Assembly: GCF_963676685.1 (NCBI RefSeq)
Contig: NC_092350.1
Location: 3,658,001 to 3,722,000, forward strand
Direction of reading: 5' to 3'
Source: Mytilus edulis
Taxonomy: Eukaryota
DNA length: 64,000 nt
The position numbers were made by a program, and so were the translations under genes. Positions 23,789 through 37,894 of the stretch are shown piece after piece. Position 1 is the first letter of the stretch. Each line of letters begins with the position of its first letter. The notes beneath the pieces are model-generated. The model was not told where the DNA came from. It saw only the letters and a program-made list of their open reading frames with translations, and did no database searches.

Positions 23789-26311
23789 CTAAAGAGTAAC
23801 TTGTCTGTTAGATGCTGACCAATCTGTGACTAACATTCTCAGTCGTCTCCAGGTATCATCTAAATCTTTTTGATCACTCGGCCATTGCACAAAGTATGCA
23901 TAATTGCAAATAAACGAAAACTCAAGGGGAATGTCGGTAATTCTAATATCTTTTGTAATTACAATTATTTTGTCCAGATTTCTCGTTACTTTTTCGTATT
24001 TTGCTCTGTCGAGTTCAAACAAGCAATCGTTTGACGATTTGAACTCGGGTGTGATGAGAAAAATGATGTACCTACTATTTTCAATACTTTCCGCCTCAGT
24101 GTCAAGAAGACTCTTACCAGCTAAAAAATCGCGATCTCTTATACACATAGTCAGTCCCCATTCGGCCTCAACTCTTGGTATTAATACATCCTTTATCCAT
24201 ATTATAATGTCTCCTGCATAAGACAAATAAACGTCGTACGTGTATCTTTTCCGAACTTTTTTCTCAATAAAACGCTGAAATACTCCATAAATGGAGAAGG
24301 CAATCTTCCATCTCTTACTATATAAAACTAGTAGTAATAATACTGTAGCACATGTAGATAAAAATGTTGAAGCAAAGGTTAACCACATAGCACTCTTACA
24401 GTCCGCAAACAAGTGCGAGAAGGAGTTGTAGACAGTAAGTGAGTCAGTAATGGTTCCATTCGATAATTGACATTTATAAGACCGACTGTCAAGATTAACT
24501 TTAGTAGTGTTAATCCATCGTATTAAGTCTAAATTATCACAGTTGCACATAAATGCATTGCCATCGAGAAACAAAGACATTCCATGCCGTGCTTGCATCT
24601 TGTCTGCCCAATTTCTTATGACAGAACTCACAGTTGTTAAGAGATTGTTTCTCATATCAAGCACCTTTATTTTAGTATGATCAGTCAGTTGTTCCGGAAT
24701 TGACGGAAGTAAATTTTTACCTAAATTTAAATTGGATAAATTAGGCATTGGTTTTAAAAGTTCGTTTGGAAAATACCAAATATTATTTCGAGATATATCC
24801 AACGACTCTACAGATGCTAATACCCCGAACAACTGGTTTCCCTTTTCTTCTATCCCTTCATTAAGATAAGCCTCATTCCATACAACTGTTTTCAAGTTGT
24901 GGTCAGGAAAACGCATTATTTCACTCCAAGGAGTTTCGTAGGAACCAGTAGATATAAATGTTTCAACTCGAATTTCCCGAAATACTAATGGCATATTTGT
25001 ACTTGAATAAGATATATCTAAATATTTGAGGTTGTTGTTTAGAGGAATTATAATCAATATTGCAGGGTATGTTGTGAGTATAGTGTTACTCATATTTAGT
25101 ATTTCTAGTGATTTTGGTAATGTCACATAACTGCCATGAAAACTCCCTTTCTCTAAAATAGAATTCACAGAATTGTCCATGAAATAGTTGACAGCATTAT
25201 ATGAATAATCTATCGATTTTAGTTGAACAGATTTTCCACAAAAAGAATTAAAATCGCTGATCGTTTTCGTAGTAACAATAACAAACCTGTTTCTGTTTAA
25301 AGAAAGATGACGTTAACATTCAGGGCGATCAAAGGTGAATAAAGACCCAGGTTCATAATCAACTATACCATTATTTGATAAATCTAAATTCTCTACGCAG
25401 ATTGTTTTCAGATATTTCATCATGTCGGGTGTAATTGTCGTAACAAAAGGTAGTTCACTGCTATCAATACTAGCGTCACTTACATGACCAAAGTTAATTG
25501 TACTGAGATTTGAATACATGAATGGGTGTAATAAATACAATGCTCGTCTTAGATGTATAAATGTCCCATGAAAGTCTATTACACGGAGATTTGGAAACGG
25601 AAGCAAAACATCAGCATCCGTCCTTACGGCTTTTATTCGGCAGTTCGTAAGACTAAGCTCCTGTACGAAATATGAAAACGCTTGGAATGTTGTATTAGAC
25701 AGGCTTACTAGATAGCATGATTGGAAGTGTAATTCTCGAAGGTTGGTAATATGACTGAATCCCCTTCCAAATTGTGGCACAGGCATCATATCAATACCTA
25801 AAAACGACAACTCACTTAAAACACCAAATACATGGTCGGGATAAATAAAATCCTTATCAAAATCTATTGGTTGGCGCATATTACTTCTGATATCCAATTT
25901 TGTTAAGTTTTTAATTGGAACAAATATTTCCGCTGAATATGCTTTTGATAAATCAAGCATGTTATGAGACATGTCAAGCGTATCAAGAATATATAATCCT
26001 TTAAATGCCCCACTAGATAAATATTCAACTTGGTTGTTTCCCAAAATCAGTTCCTGTAAGTACTTATAATTAACGAAAGAGTCGTTGTCAATAGCTGTTA
26101 ATTGGTTCGAACTAAGATCTAGAACATTGATATCTCCTGGTAAATTCTGAGGTATAAAATTCAATCCCCTGTTTTTACAATCTGCTAGTTTAACTTCCTG
26201 TGTTTTTTTGATAACGTATTTAATATCACAGTCCGATAAATGTAAGATTTTTTTACACTCATGTATCTTAAGAATGTATACAATAGCTAAATAAATCGAA
26301 ATCCTCGTCAT
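23789..26311 (-). pseudogene. Toll-like receptor (TLR-B), full length but interrupted by one in-frame TAA at 25313-25315
   Basis: ORFs 25313-26362 and 23789-25180 are in the same frame. The bridge reads C*RHLSLNRNRF...YSYNAVNYF, where paralogs have CL(Q/R/K)H. Likely start is the ATG at 26311 (MTRISIYL). LRRCT, TM and TIR are intact. Confidence 0.92.
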
Positions 26312-27324
26312 TTTGTGAACTGTATATTCTCGAAAGAATTTCAAATAGTGCCTTGAAAACAAACAGCTTCAAACGCGAACAACACTTTATTTCGAACGAA
26401 TAAACACATTGAAATATATATAAGTCTCCATGCTTCATTAATGTTGCATGGATGGATGAAATACAAAAGTTTTTTTTTAACTTATTAAGTTTACATAAGG
26501 AATAGTTTTTTTCTTTACATACGACATACCTGAATTGTGTGTTCTCCTAAATTTACAAGAGCTAAAAAATAACACAAGATCACTGTCTGACATTGATCTT
26601 TAAAATACAGGAAAATTATAAACAACCAAACAATGATTTGACCATGTGTGCCATTTATAACTTTTAATGCAATTTACGTATGCAATTTTTACATTTATTA
26701 AATATACCTTCGAAAACAAGTAAATAATTTCCAACAAAATGTTAGAGAAGCTATCTGTATACAATTGAGTCTGGCGTAATCTTTCAAGAAATAACTACGA
26801 TGGTATGATAAGAGCAGTGTCCGGTACCTAGATGTTTGGTACTGTCATGTGGGAGTTATATATACATTTATATATTTGATTGTTTCATGAGTTTATTTTA
26901 GATTAACAATTTATCAATAAAAATACAGCGTATTTTTCGTATGTTTTGGTGAAGTTGATTGTATGTTTCACTGGTACCAGTAGTTATATGTTTGAGCGAA
27001 ATTTACATACATATACGATAGTTAGGAGTGTATAGTTAAATAACAGTAATTTACAGGTTATTTTATTTACATACGTATACGCAAGATATGTGGTATCGTA
27101 TCAACATAAAAGTGTAAGCAGGTCTTGATGGAAAAGTAAAATCACAAAAATACTGAACTCAGAGGAAAATCAATTCGGAAAGTCCATAATCACATGGCAA
27201 AATCAAATAACAGAACGCATCAAAAACGAATGGACAAGAACTGTCATATTCCTGACTTGGTACAGGCTGCTAAAGAAATGTGACAAATTACATTGCAAAG
27301 CTAAAATCAACTTTGTGGTGAATA

Positions 27325-27695
27325 TAAAAAAGAAGATGTGGTATGATTGCCAATTAGACATCTGTCCACAAGAGACAAAAATGACACAGAAATAAACAAC
27401 TATAGGTCACCGTACCAGCTTCAACAATGAACAAAGCCCAAACTGCGTAGTCAGCTATAAAAGGCCCTGCAATTACAATGTAAAACAATTCAAACAAGAA
27501 AACTAACGGCCTCATTTACATAAAAAACATATATAACACATAAACAAACGACAACCACTGAATTTCAGACTCCTTACTTGGGATAGGTACATACATACAT
27601 AATGTGGCGGGGTTAAACAAGTTAGTGGGATCCCAACCCTCCTCCTAACCGGGGACAGTGGTATAACAATACAACATTAGAACAAACTATAAACA
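27325..27695 (-). mobile_element. SINE-like interspersed repeat (…ttgtctcattggcaatcataccacatcttc tail family)
   Basis: Related copies at ~29945-30128 (+), ~41345-41485 (-) and ~8435-8460 (+). The family name was not verified. Confidence 0.6.
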
Positions 27696-30129
27696 TGATG
27701 TTTATTCTTCATTAAACTGAGAATGGAATTGGGGAATGTGTCAAAAGCACACCAACCCTCCAATTGAGCAGAACACAGACCAAGGCCACTAATGGTCTTC
27801 AAAAGGGCGAGAAATCCTGCACCAGTAGACGGAATTTAGCCGACAAAAAGGGAAACAGAATTTCTGAGAAATGGACGTCACAATAAACTCCGAAACATAT
27901 AAACGTCTGAAATTTAAAAAAGAAACCACACAAGTCTAACAAAATCCATAAGCCTTTGACCTTGAACAGGTACAAAAACTATGGCGTGGATAAACCTTGT
28001 TTGTGAGATCTCAACTCATCTATTCATCTAACTAAAGCAGATTAAACAAACACACGGCAATACACAAGGTTAACCCAGCTTTAAAGAAATCCGACTCCGA
28101 TGTCAAAAAAGGTAACAGAAGAAATTAAGCAGATTGACAATGAAACATAAATTACCAAACTAGCAGTAACTGACATGCCAGCTCCAGACCTCAATTAAAC
28201 TGATTGAAATATTGTGTCTTAATCATCTGCAAAATCAAGCACAATCTCTCCCGTTAGGGGTTTAGTATAATAAGAGATGCAATGACAATATACGGTGATG
28301 ACACAGCAATGAATTTTGATATTAGGACGTGAAAGAGAACTATTTCCTCAGATTACTTTGAATTGACATTGTTCATATTCTTTGTTAGATTTTTTTCTTT
28401 CTAATGAAAAAATGGGGATAACGCCATAATACATTTAAAATAGTCCATGATTGTCAATTTCTAGCACTGTCTCTATACTTAATATATATTTTTATACCTT
28501 TGCATACTAAACGACTGAATTATTTGATTATTGTCTTGTGTATATGTTTATTATAATTTGCTGTCTCATTGACACATACGGGTATTCCCAATTTATTCAG
28601 GAGAGGGAAAGAAATCACACAAACAATTTAGAGTAATACGAGGAAATATTTGACTTTCACCTCCTGGTGTATAAATATATTGCTATGTCATCACCGTTTA
28701 TTGTCAATTTATTCTGCAGATGAAGTAACCGTAACCGTCACTTTCAAATATGGGGAAACTCCAAAATTAATTGTAAAGTTGGTTGAATTTGACGTTAAAT
28801 AAATGATTATAGTAGAATTCCTGTACGAAATGTTCCATATGCAATGTACACGGAATATAGTAGGAATATTGCTGTGAATTCCTACCAGAAAAGAGCGATA
28901 TTCTAGTCAGACAGTAGTAGGAATCCACACGGAAATTAGCCGAAAAATTTAAATTAGCAGGAATTATGCAAATTAGCAGGAATAATTTGGTAGGAAAATG
29001 AAATTCTACTTGAAAACCTGGTGGGAATTTTTCAAAATTCAACCCAGAAAAAAAATTAAAATATACAAAATGTAAGTGTATATTCACAAATACACAACTA
29101 GCCATGAGTCAATGATTTAATATTTAATGAATCTCAACAGCAAAGAACAAAGGAAATTCATAGAATACATTCATTTTTAAGAAAATGGATTTTTGAAATG
29201 TATAAGGAAACTGCAATATATGTAAGCAAGACATTGTGTTATATATAAACATGAAGATTATCCAAAAATATGCCTAAATGAAATTAAGAGTGAATAAATA
29301 AGTGAAATTATACACTATTGTTGAATTAATTGATTACTAAATATTTTTAGCAGGCATATACAAAAATCATTTTAAATGAATAAGAATTACTTTCAGTCTT
29401 CATAAGTCATATGTTCTTACATTTCTATAATGTAGCTGTGTGACCCTAGCTTGCAGCATTGTGTTCCAACATAACTTTTCATTCTTTTCACCTCCAACTT
29501 TTGAATTTGTGAACTGGAACTTGCTTGCATTAAACACTGCAAAATGTGTGTCATTAGCAAACAAGAATCCAGTTCAAGATAACTAAAAGATTCCAGATAG
29601 AAAGATTTTATGGTAGGAATCTTGTACATGTAGTAGAAAAATGTATAATCAAATCAGATTTTGAAATAAGAAATAAACCCATACAGACTTTTAAAATCCC
29701 ACCTAGGTAGTAGGATTTTAGTAGTAGGAAAATAAAAATTTCCAGTCAGAATTTTGTTCATTTTCCATGTCCGCCTACTTTCTATATGGAATCTTTGATT
29801 CTAGGTAGATTCCTACTTCATTCCTACTAGTGTCTAGATGGATTCCTGCTAACTATTTCGTTATTCATATTACAACTGCTTTCTATCAGATTTTCAATTT
29901 TAATCGGCATTACTAACGTAAATCATTGACACATTCATAGTCTTTATATAAATTAGACCGTTGGTTTTCCCGTTTGAATGGTTTTACACTTGTAATTGTT
30001 TCTGGGGCCCTTTGTAGCTTACTGTTCGGTGTGAGCCAAGGCTCCGTGTTGAAGACCGTACCTTGACCTATAGTGGTTTACTTTTATAATTGTGATTTGG
30101 ACGAAGAGTTGTCTCATTGGTACTCATTG

Positions 30130-32800
30130 TGCATAAATCAGACTCGTATAAAATGGTTGATAAGAGATTGATAACAAGTTCAGACTCTAAAGTTTGGTTC
30201 GGACTACAGTTGATCCTTTCAGACAAAGTTTCCAGTTCTGGTTCGTCTGGTTCGTGCTTCACTAATTTTCTACCATAGTCGTCAACTTCTTCTTTCAGTT
30301 ACTTGAAGTTCTTCTTCCAGTTGATGGGCTGGGAAATTCTATATGTTGTTGATTTTGCTATCAATTTTCTTGTTATGTCATCGGTAACTATGAAATTGTT
30401 GTCAGTAATAATGATGACTAGCCTGACTATAGTATTTTAACGATGCATATTAACCATTCGGAGGATAGGATTGCACATCTCTAAGGTTAAAGGCCTCTAA
30501 AACCTTTTTATGGCTGAACATTTTGGATGCATGATACTTTGTGTAAGTATATGAAACTACAGGTATAGCTTGAATTTTTGATGTAATCATGTAAAGTTTT
30601 GTGAGCAGATTTCTGGTTGTTGGTAATATTGAAAGCAGCTTAACCTTAAGTGGCGGATTCTACTTTAGAAAAAAATACGTTTATCCTCATTTAAGGAAGT
30701 AATTGTAATGGATTGTAATAGTCTATTGTTAGCAATGTCCATTGACTATTACAATTAACCTACACAAAACAGAATAAGAATCAACAACAGAAGTATTTTT
30801 GGCCACTTATAACAGTAAATAAAGTTAAGATAATTGACTGAAGTATAATTTAGGACTGATTTGGTGAATTAATGAGTTTAATTTTAACCAGACGATAACA
30901 AACTATCAATGATCACGGTTAAAAAGCAGGTGGTGGATTACATCTGTGACACTGACTTATATTTCATCGAGTAAAAGTGTAAAAATAACTGAATTTATTG
31001 ACTGTACTACATCTTGGACTAGCAAAATTAACTACATCATAAATTTTGTCATTGCATCCATTATAATGTTATCACCTAATGATGAAATCTCGATCTAGCT
31101 ACTTGTTTGTTTTGAACTTGGCCATCTGTCTTAAAATGTTTTCACCTAATGATGAAATGTCTATTAGTAATTGTAATGAATTGTAATAGTCTATTGTTAG
31201 CAATTTCCATTGACTATTACAATGAACCTATACAAAACAGAATTAGAATCAACAACGGAAGTATTTTGGGCCACTTAGAACAGTAAATAAAGTTAAGATA
31301 ATTGACTGAAGTATAATTTAGGACTGATTTGGTGAATTAATGAGTTTAATTTTAAACAGACGATAACAAACTATCAATTGTCACGGTTAAAAGGCAGGTG
31401 GTGAATAACATCTGTGACACTGACATATATGTGACCAGCCACGACATATCCAGGCTTATGGAGGTAGAACGTCATTGTGAGAAAAACGCCGTTAACTATA
31501 TGTGAATAGCCATTTCCAGTCTTAGGAGGGTACATTGTCTAAAATTTGATTTTTGTATATTTATCTAGAATATTCCGAAACAAAACTCTCTGTCATGTTA
31601 TTATGACATATTTGTTGTAATAGCAACGAAACGAGACATTTCGAATACCGGTATGAAAATGAGACTGTTCTATGACGACTTTTACTTATCGAAGGCACTA
31701 ATTTATAAAACACAAAATTATTGTATTTATTGGCTCTTAGTGATGTTTAATAGCGTTTTTGAATAAAATTTCAAAGACTTAAATTTACTGCAATGCAAAC
31801 AATTCTTATCTCTATTTTAGAACATGTAATTTAAACTTGTTGAAATAAAATTAGTTTAAAATTTGTCAAAGTAAGCTTTAAGAATTCCTTTTTTTAATTT
31901 AGATTTATTATGCATGTCTCTAAACATAGTATGCGACGCGTAACAGTTTATAAGTAAGTGTTCTCATATATTAATTTGATACGGTGCATTTATTATAAAT
32001 ATATTTCAGACTTCATTTATGAAAGAAAATATATACAGCAGAGCATTATTTGTTTGTTTGTAGCTCTATTTTAGAACATGTAATTTAAACTTGTTGAAAT
32101 AAAATTAGTTTAAAATTTGTCAAAGTAAGCTTTAAGAATTCTTTTTTTTTAATTTAAATTTATTATGCAAAAGATGTCTTTATACATAGTATGCGACGCG
32201 TAACAGTTTATAAGTAGGTGTTCTCTTATATGCATTTGATACGGTACATTTATTATGGATATATTTCAGACTTCATTTATGAAAGGAAATCTATAGAGCA
32301 GAAATTTGATTTTTTTTTGTATCAGTTTAAAATGTAGATTCAAATATTTTTCACTTCAAACGTTAAAGTAAAACTTCTTAAAAACTTATGTATGATGTAT
32401 ATTTCGGCGTCCGCAAAAGAGAAGCAAGGGAAAGTGTTTATCTCTTCTTCACAAATACGTATTTCATTGAATCTCGATATTTATCATGTTTATAATTTTT
32501 CTAACAATGACATTCTACCTCCATAAGCCTGCAAATGTCATGGCGGGTCACATATTTCATCGAGTAAAAGTGTTGAAAGAACTGTAATTTATTGACTGTA
32601 CCACATCTTGGACTAGAAAAATTAACTACATCATCAATTTTGTCATTGCATCCATAGTGAATGGCTGTTCCCAACTCTCTTATTCAAAAGTCTTCTCTAT
32701 GTAGACGATATGATGAATTCAATATAAGGTCATTTGTTTTCTCTATGATCCGCACGTTCATTGAAACAAATGAATGACCAGGCTGATTAAAATGCTTACC
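30130..32800 (-). mobile_element. Old, degraded Naiad-type Penelope element, interrupted by a duplication, a minisatellite patch and a MITE
   Basis: Minus-strand remnants KHFNQPGHSFVSMNVRIIEK..REDF*IRELGTAIHYGCNDKIDD, PVVSYTYTK..SKMF.HKKVL, INWKKNFK and VDDYGRK..ETLSE align by eye with the protein at 44870-46400. Confidence 0.75.
31431..32551. mobile_element. Non-autonomous DNA transposon (MITE), ~48-bp imperfect TIRs, ATAT target duplication, internal ~250-bp tandem duplication
   Basis: gtgaccagccacgacatatccaggcttatggaggtagaacgtcattgt ... acaatgacattctacctccataagcctgcaaatgtcatggcgggtcac. The empty site is visible in the paralogous copy at ~30952-30970. Confidence 0.88.
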
Positions 32801-33776
32801 TGTTGGTGACCTTCTGCTGTTGTTTTTTTCTATGGTCGGGTTGTTGTCTCTTTGACACATTCCCCATTTCATTCTCAATTTTATTATAGATTAATTGACT
32901 GTTATTGGGATCATTACCATTAGATCGATGGTTATTAATTCAAAAAATGAGTCTTTGTAGAGTTTCCTCGATGTATATAGCTCATACAAAATCATACACA
33001 CTATTTGAAGCAGAACAATTTAAATCCTCATAACTATGTGAATTTTACCTTGCAATGGTCAACTTTCTTTGAAAGTGGGTATTACATATAAGTACATCAC
33101 ATGGTCTAAAACATTTATGGTTACATTAAGAAAAAGAGCAACAGTGTAAGCTATTATTGTAATCTTAGATATCTGAAAGTTACAGAATACTGTACCAAGT
33201 ATAAAAAAACTTCTCTGAATTTGTATAGTATAATGAGGAATCAGAAGACTGTACATCATGTGTCATTTTCATTACATCCTTTAAGATAATCGTAGGGAGA
33301 CCTGATAAAAAGGTTGTTTTGTGTCCTTGACAACATCAAATTGACAGCTTTGTATCCTGAGCGACGTGTTATTCGGTATGATAATATGTATGTCAATTTA
33401 CCTGTGTTGTGTGCAATATCTAATGGAATCATTGTGTTTCAATAACACAGTATTTATGGAAATAATAATAGTTTCGACACAGAAAAATTAAAGTCAGATT
33501 ACATGTAGTATATTTAGCTATTCTACATGTTCTACAGAATTTGGTAAAATGTTGCATACAACATTGACTGGTTGATCTATCACTAAAAATCGAACAGTTT
33601 GATATGAATATGAATGATTGATTTAAAAAAAAGTGAACATTTGTTGAGAAAGCATATAAACTCGACAAAAATATTCCTGACGTCATAAAATCTTCAAATA
33701 TTCAATTTCAGATTCATTGACTAATTATAATTCCCTGACGTTTATACAAACATTTCCGTTTGAATGATAATAAATC

Positions 33777-34965
33777 ATAATGTTGGCACCTGTCCTGAAA
33801 TGTCTATTGAGCTACGTGTTTCTTTGGAACTTGGCAATCCGTCTTATAATGTTGTCACCTAATGTTGAAATGTCCATTGAGCTACTTGTTTGTTTGGAAC
33901 TTGGCAATCCCTCTTATAATATTGTCACCTAATGATGAATTCTCTATTGAGCTACTTGTTTGTTTGGAACTTGGCAATCCGTCTTATAATATTGTCACCT
34001 AATGATGAAATCTCTATTGAGCTACTTGTTTGTTTGGAACTTGGCAATCCGTCTTAAAATGTTGTCACCTAATGATGAAATCTCTATTGAGCTACTTGTT
34101 TGTTTGGAACTTGGCAATCCGTCTTATAATATTATCACCTAATGACTAAATCTCTATTGAGCTACTTGTCTGTTTTGAACTTGGCAATCCCTCTTATAAT
34201 GTTGTCACCTAATGATGAAATCTCTATTGAGCTACTTGTTTGTTTGGAACTTGGCAATCCGTCTTAAAATGTTGTCACCTAATGATGAAATGTCTATTGA
34301 GCTACTTGTTTATTTTGAACTTGGCAATCCGTCTTAAAATGTTGTCACCTAATGATGATATGTCTATTGAGCTACTTGTTTGTTTTGAACTTGGCAATCC
34401 GTCTTATAATGTTGTCACCTAATGATGAAATCTCTTTTGGGCTACTTGTTTGTTTTGAACTTGGCAATCCGTCTTATAATGTTGTCACCTAATGATGAAA
34501 TCTCTATTGAGCTACTTGTTTGTTTTGAACTTGTCAATTCGTCTTATAATGTTGTCACCTAATGATGAAATGTCTATTGAGCTACTTGTTTATTTTGAAC
34601 ATGGCAATCCGTCTTATAATGTTGTCACCTAATGATGAAATGTCTATTGAGCTACTTGTTTGTTTTGAACTTGGCCATCCGTCTTATAATGTTGTCACCT
34701 AATGATGAAATCTCTATTGAGCTACTTGTTTGTTTTGAACTTGGCCATCCGTCTTATAATGCTGACACCTAATGATGAAATCTCTATTGAGGTACTTGTT
34801 TGTTTTGAACTTGGCCATCCGTCTTATAATGCTGACACCTAATGATGAAATCTCTATTGAGCTACTTGTTTGTTTTGAACTTGGCCATCCGTCTTATAAT
34901 GTTGTCACCTAATGATGAAATGTCTATTGAGCTACTTGATTGTTTTGAACTTGACAATCTGTTAT
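33777..34965. repeat. 60-bp minisatellite, ~19-20 copies
   Basis: aatgatgaaatctctattgagctacttgtttgttttgaacttggcaatccgtcttataatgttgtcacct in exact 60-bp register. Confidence 0.97.
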
Positions 34966-36397
34966 CAACATCTTCAATCGTCTCCATGTATCAATTAAAT
35001 CTTCTTTCTTGGTCTCTTGAAAACGGTCCATTTCCATCCAACCAAAACTGTATCTTGTTCCAGCAGAAATGAATGTCTCTAACCGTAGTTCAACAAAAAG
35101 CACGGTAACAGTTGTATTTGCATAAGATATATCTAAATAAGTAAGCTTATTATTTTTTCGGAACTATAAATAGAAAGCGTAAAGTATTAACTATTGTGAA
35201 ACTGATATCAAATTTTGTTAATGAAGCTGGTAACATAACGTAACTGCCACCAGAACTTTTAAAATTAGAGTCTGAGGTCATTGAATTTTCTATGAAGAAG
35301 TTGACAAAATTATATGAATAATCTAAAGATTGTAATCGCAAAGCTTTTCTAAAAAAAGAGTCAATTTCTCCGTGATTTTTTATATGAGCTAGTAAAAGCC
35401 TGTTTTCTTTCAATGAAAGATGTTTTAGGCACTCTGGGTAATCAAAGGAAAATAAAGAGCCATGTGTGTAATCAACTATTCTATTCTGGGATAAATCTAG
35501 ATTTTCTATGCAAATTGTTTTCAGGTTTTTCATTATATCGGATGTTATTGTCAGAGCAAACGGAAGGTCGTCACTATCAATGATTAGGTCGCTGACATGG
35601 CCTAAGTTGATCGTGGTCATATTTCTATAACGGTATGGATGCAAAAGAAGTAAGGCACGCGATAGGTGCATAAATGTTCCAAACAAATCTAGTACACATA
35701 GATGTGGAAACGGACCCAAAGCGTCATATTCTGTTTTAACAAAGTTTAATCGACAATTTCTGAGATAAAGCTCTTCTACAGACGATGAAAACTTCAGGAA
35801 TGTTTCATTTGATAGACGCACTAAATAAATAGTTTGAAAGTATAACTTTCGAAGTTTCTTCATTTGACTGAATCCGCTTCCGAAGATTGGCACAGGCATC
35901 ATATTAATCCCTAAGAAAGTTAATTATCTCAAAACATGGAACGCATAATCGGGATAGTCGAATTCCTTATCATAATTCTGAGGTTGAGGCATATTACTTC
36001 TGATATCCAATTTCGTTAAGTGTTGTATATGTATAAGATAGATCAAGCAGATTATGAGACATATCAAGCACGACAAGATTGTGTAATCCCTGCAATGACT
36101 CCTTATATAAATGTTTCAGCTTATTTTTTCTCACATTAAGTTCGTGTAAATGTATATAAGTAATCAGCGAACTGTTTTCAATACTCCTTAAATAATTTGA
36201 AGATACATCCGAATGGTTAACTTATATCCCGGGGGTAAATCTTGAGGAACAGACTGTAGTCCTCTGTTTTTACAATCAGCTATTTTACCTCCAAGTTTTC
36301 CGTTAAATACATATTTGATATCACAGTCTGATGATCGAGAGATTACATCACACTGAACTACAGTACAAAGTACTGCATAAATAATAATCCTCACCAT
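34924..36397 (-). pseudogene. TLR pseudogene (TLR-C): frameshifts plus ~1-kb internal deletion removing LRRCT, TM and most of TIR
   Basis: MVRIIIYAV..SDCDIKY..ADCKNRGL; LRR block 35150-35902; +1 A at ~35155; then LTYLDISY..RLETFIS..RFQE joined at ~35012 to KKEDLIDTWRRLKMLITDCQVQNNQVAQ*. Confidence 0.9.
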
Positions 36398-37000
36398 TTT
36401 GTGACATGGATATCAAAAACTTTCACATGGTTTCTAACAATTGCTTTGCAAGTCAACACCACTTTATGTAGGACACAAAGGTAAAAAAATGGAATTTAAT
36501 CATCTCAAATTGTTATCAATTTAAAGGACAACTGTATTTATTTTTTTTACTTTATGTAAGATAGTATATTGATTCTAAACATGAAGAGACTTCCTGTATG
36601 TTCTTGGTAACAAATTTATTAACCGTTTACTCTATCAAATGACAAAATATTTGAAATTTCTATGGGGAAATAGCCGTGTAATTTTTAATGGGGACATGCA
36701 TGCTAATATAGTATTCTGATTCTTAATTTTGCAGAAAAACTATGAAATTTCATACACAAGAGACAAAGCAAGTATTCAAAATAGTTAAATAAATTATCAA
36801 CCTTTTAATGGTCCTTAAACAAAGCAAAATATATATAGTATCTCTTTTGATGAAATTGATGTAATGAATAACTTACACGTGACTTTTATAATCTCTATAT
36901 CGTACCTATTCATTATTTCTTTCTTCATACTCAATTTCAATTGTATTTTGTTATTTTGGACAGTTATTTAAAGTTTAATATATAGTCAATTACTAAGGTA

Positions 37001-37353
37001 CATCTTACCATGTTGATAGAGCTTTCGTACATCTTACCATGTTGATAGAACTTTCTTACGTCTTACCGTGTTGATAGATCTTTCTTAAATCTTACCGTGT
37101 CGATAGAACTTTCTCACATCTTACCATGTTGATAGAACTTTCTTACATCTTACAATTTTGATAGAGCTTTCTTACATCTTACCGTGTTGATAGAGCTTTT
37201 TTTTACATCTTACCGTGTTGATAGAACTTTCTTACATCTTACCGTGTTGATAGAGCTTTCTTACATCTTACCGTGTTGATAGAACTTTCTTACATCTAAC
37301 CGTGTTGATAGAGCTTTCTTACATCTTACCATGTTGATAGAACTTTCTTACAT
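37001..37353. repeat. 29-bp minisatellite, ~12 copies
   Basis: catcttaccgtgttgatagaactttctta repeated. Confidence 0.93.
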
Positions 37354-37613
37354 TTTGACGAAACGAACGAACGAACGCAAAGGGAGCACGTATTACATTT
37401 CCACAATATTACGAGCATTTGTTTTATCTTGTAAAACAGCATTCTTTTTTAAAATAAACGTATTGCAAACAATACACGCTTTTTATATCAGAAAATCAAG
37501 AAAAATAGTGTCTTATCCCAGGCATAGATTACCTTAGCCGTATTTGGCACAACTTTTTGGAATTTTGGATCCTAACTTTGTACTAGTTTGGATTTATAAA
37601 TATTTTGATATGA

Positions 37614-37657
37614 GCGTCACTGATGAGTCTTATGAAGACGAAACGCGCGTCTGGCGT
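37614..37657 (+). ncRNA. Type I hammerhead ribozyme within a retrozyme-like repeat (~37510-37690)
   Basis: gcgtca-CTGATGA-gtctt atg aagac-GAAA-cgcgcg-TC-tggcgt. Confidence 0.9.
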
Positions 37658-37894
37658 ACTAAATTATAATCCTGGTACCTTTGATAACTAACTAAATACA
37701 CGTACGTCCGATACGTTACTTACGTAAACCAAGATAACTCACATTTCCGAGGGAATTGTGCAAGCACGAGTTTCACGCTTAATATTTTAATGGCAATTTT
37801 GAAGTACGTTAATCTAAACTTAACAACAAGATTCACATTTATTTGTATATACGTTGTATGAGTTCACTATCAGCAAATTGTCAATTGGTTGCCA

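Noticed and set aside
28810-29880. Possible MITE with taggaat/attccta motifs
   Set aside because: I could not define TIRs or a target-site duplication.
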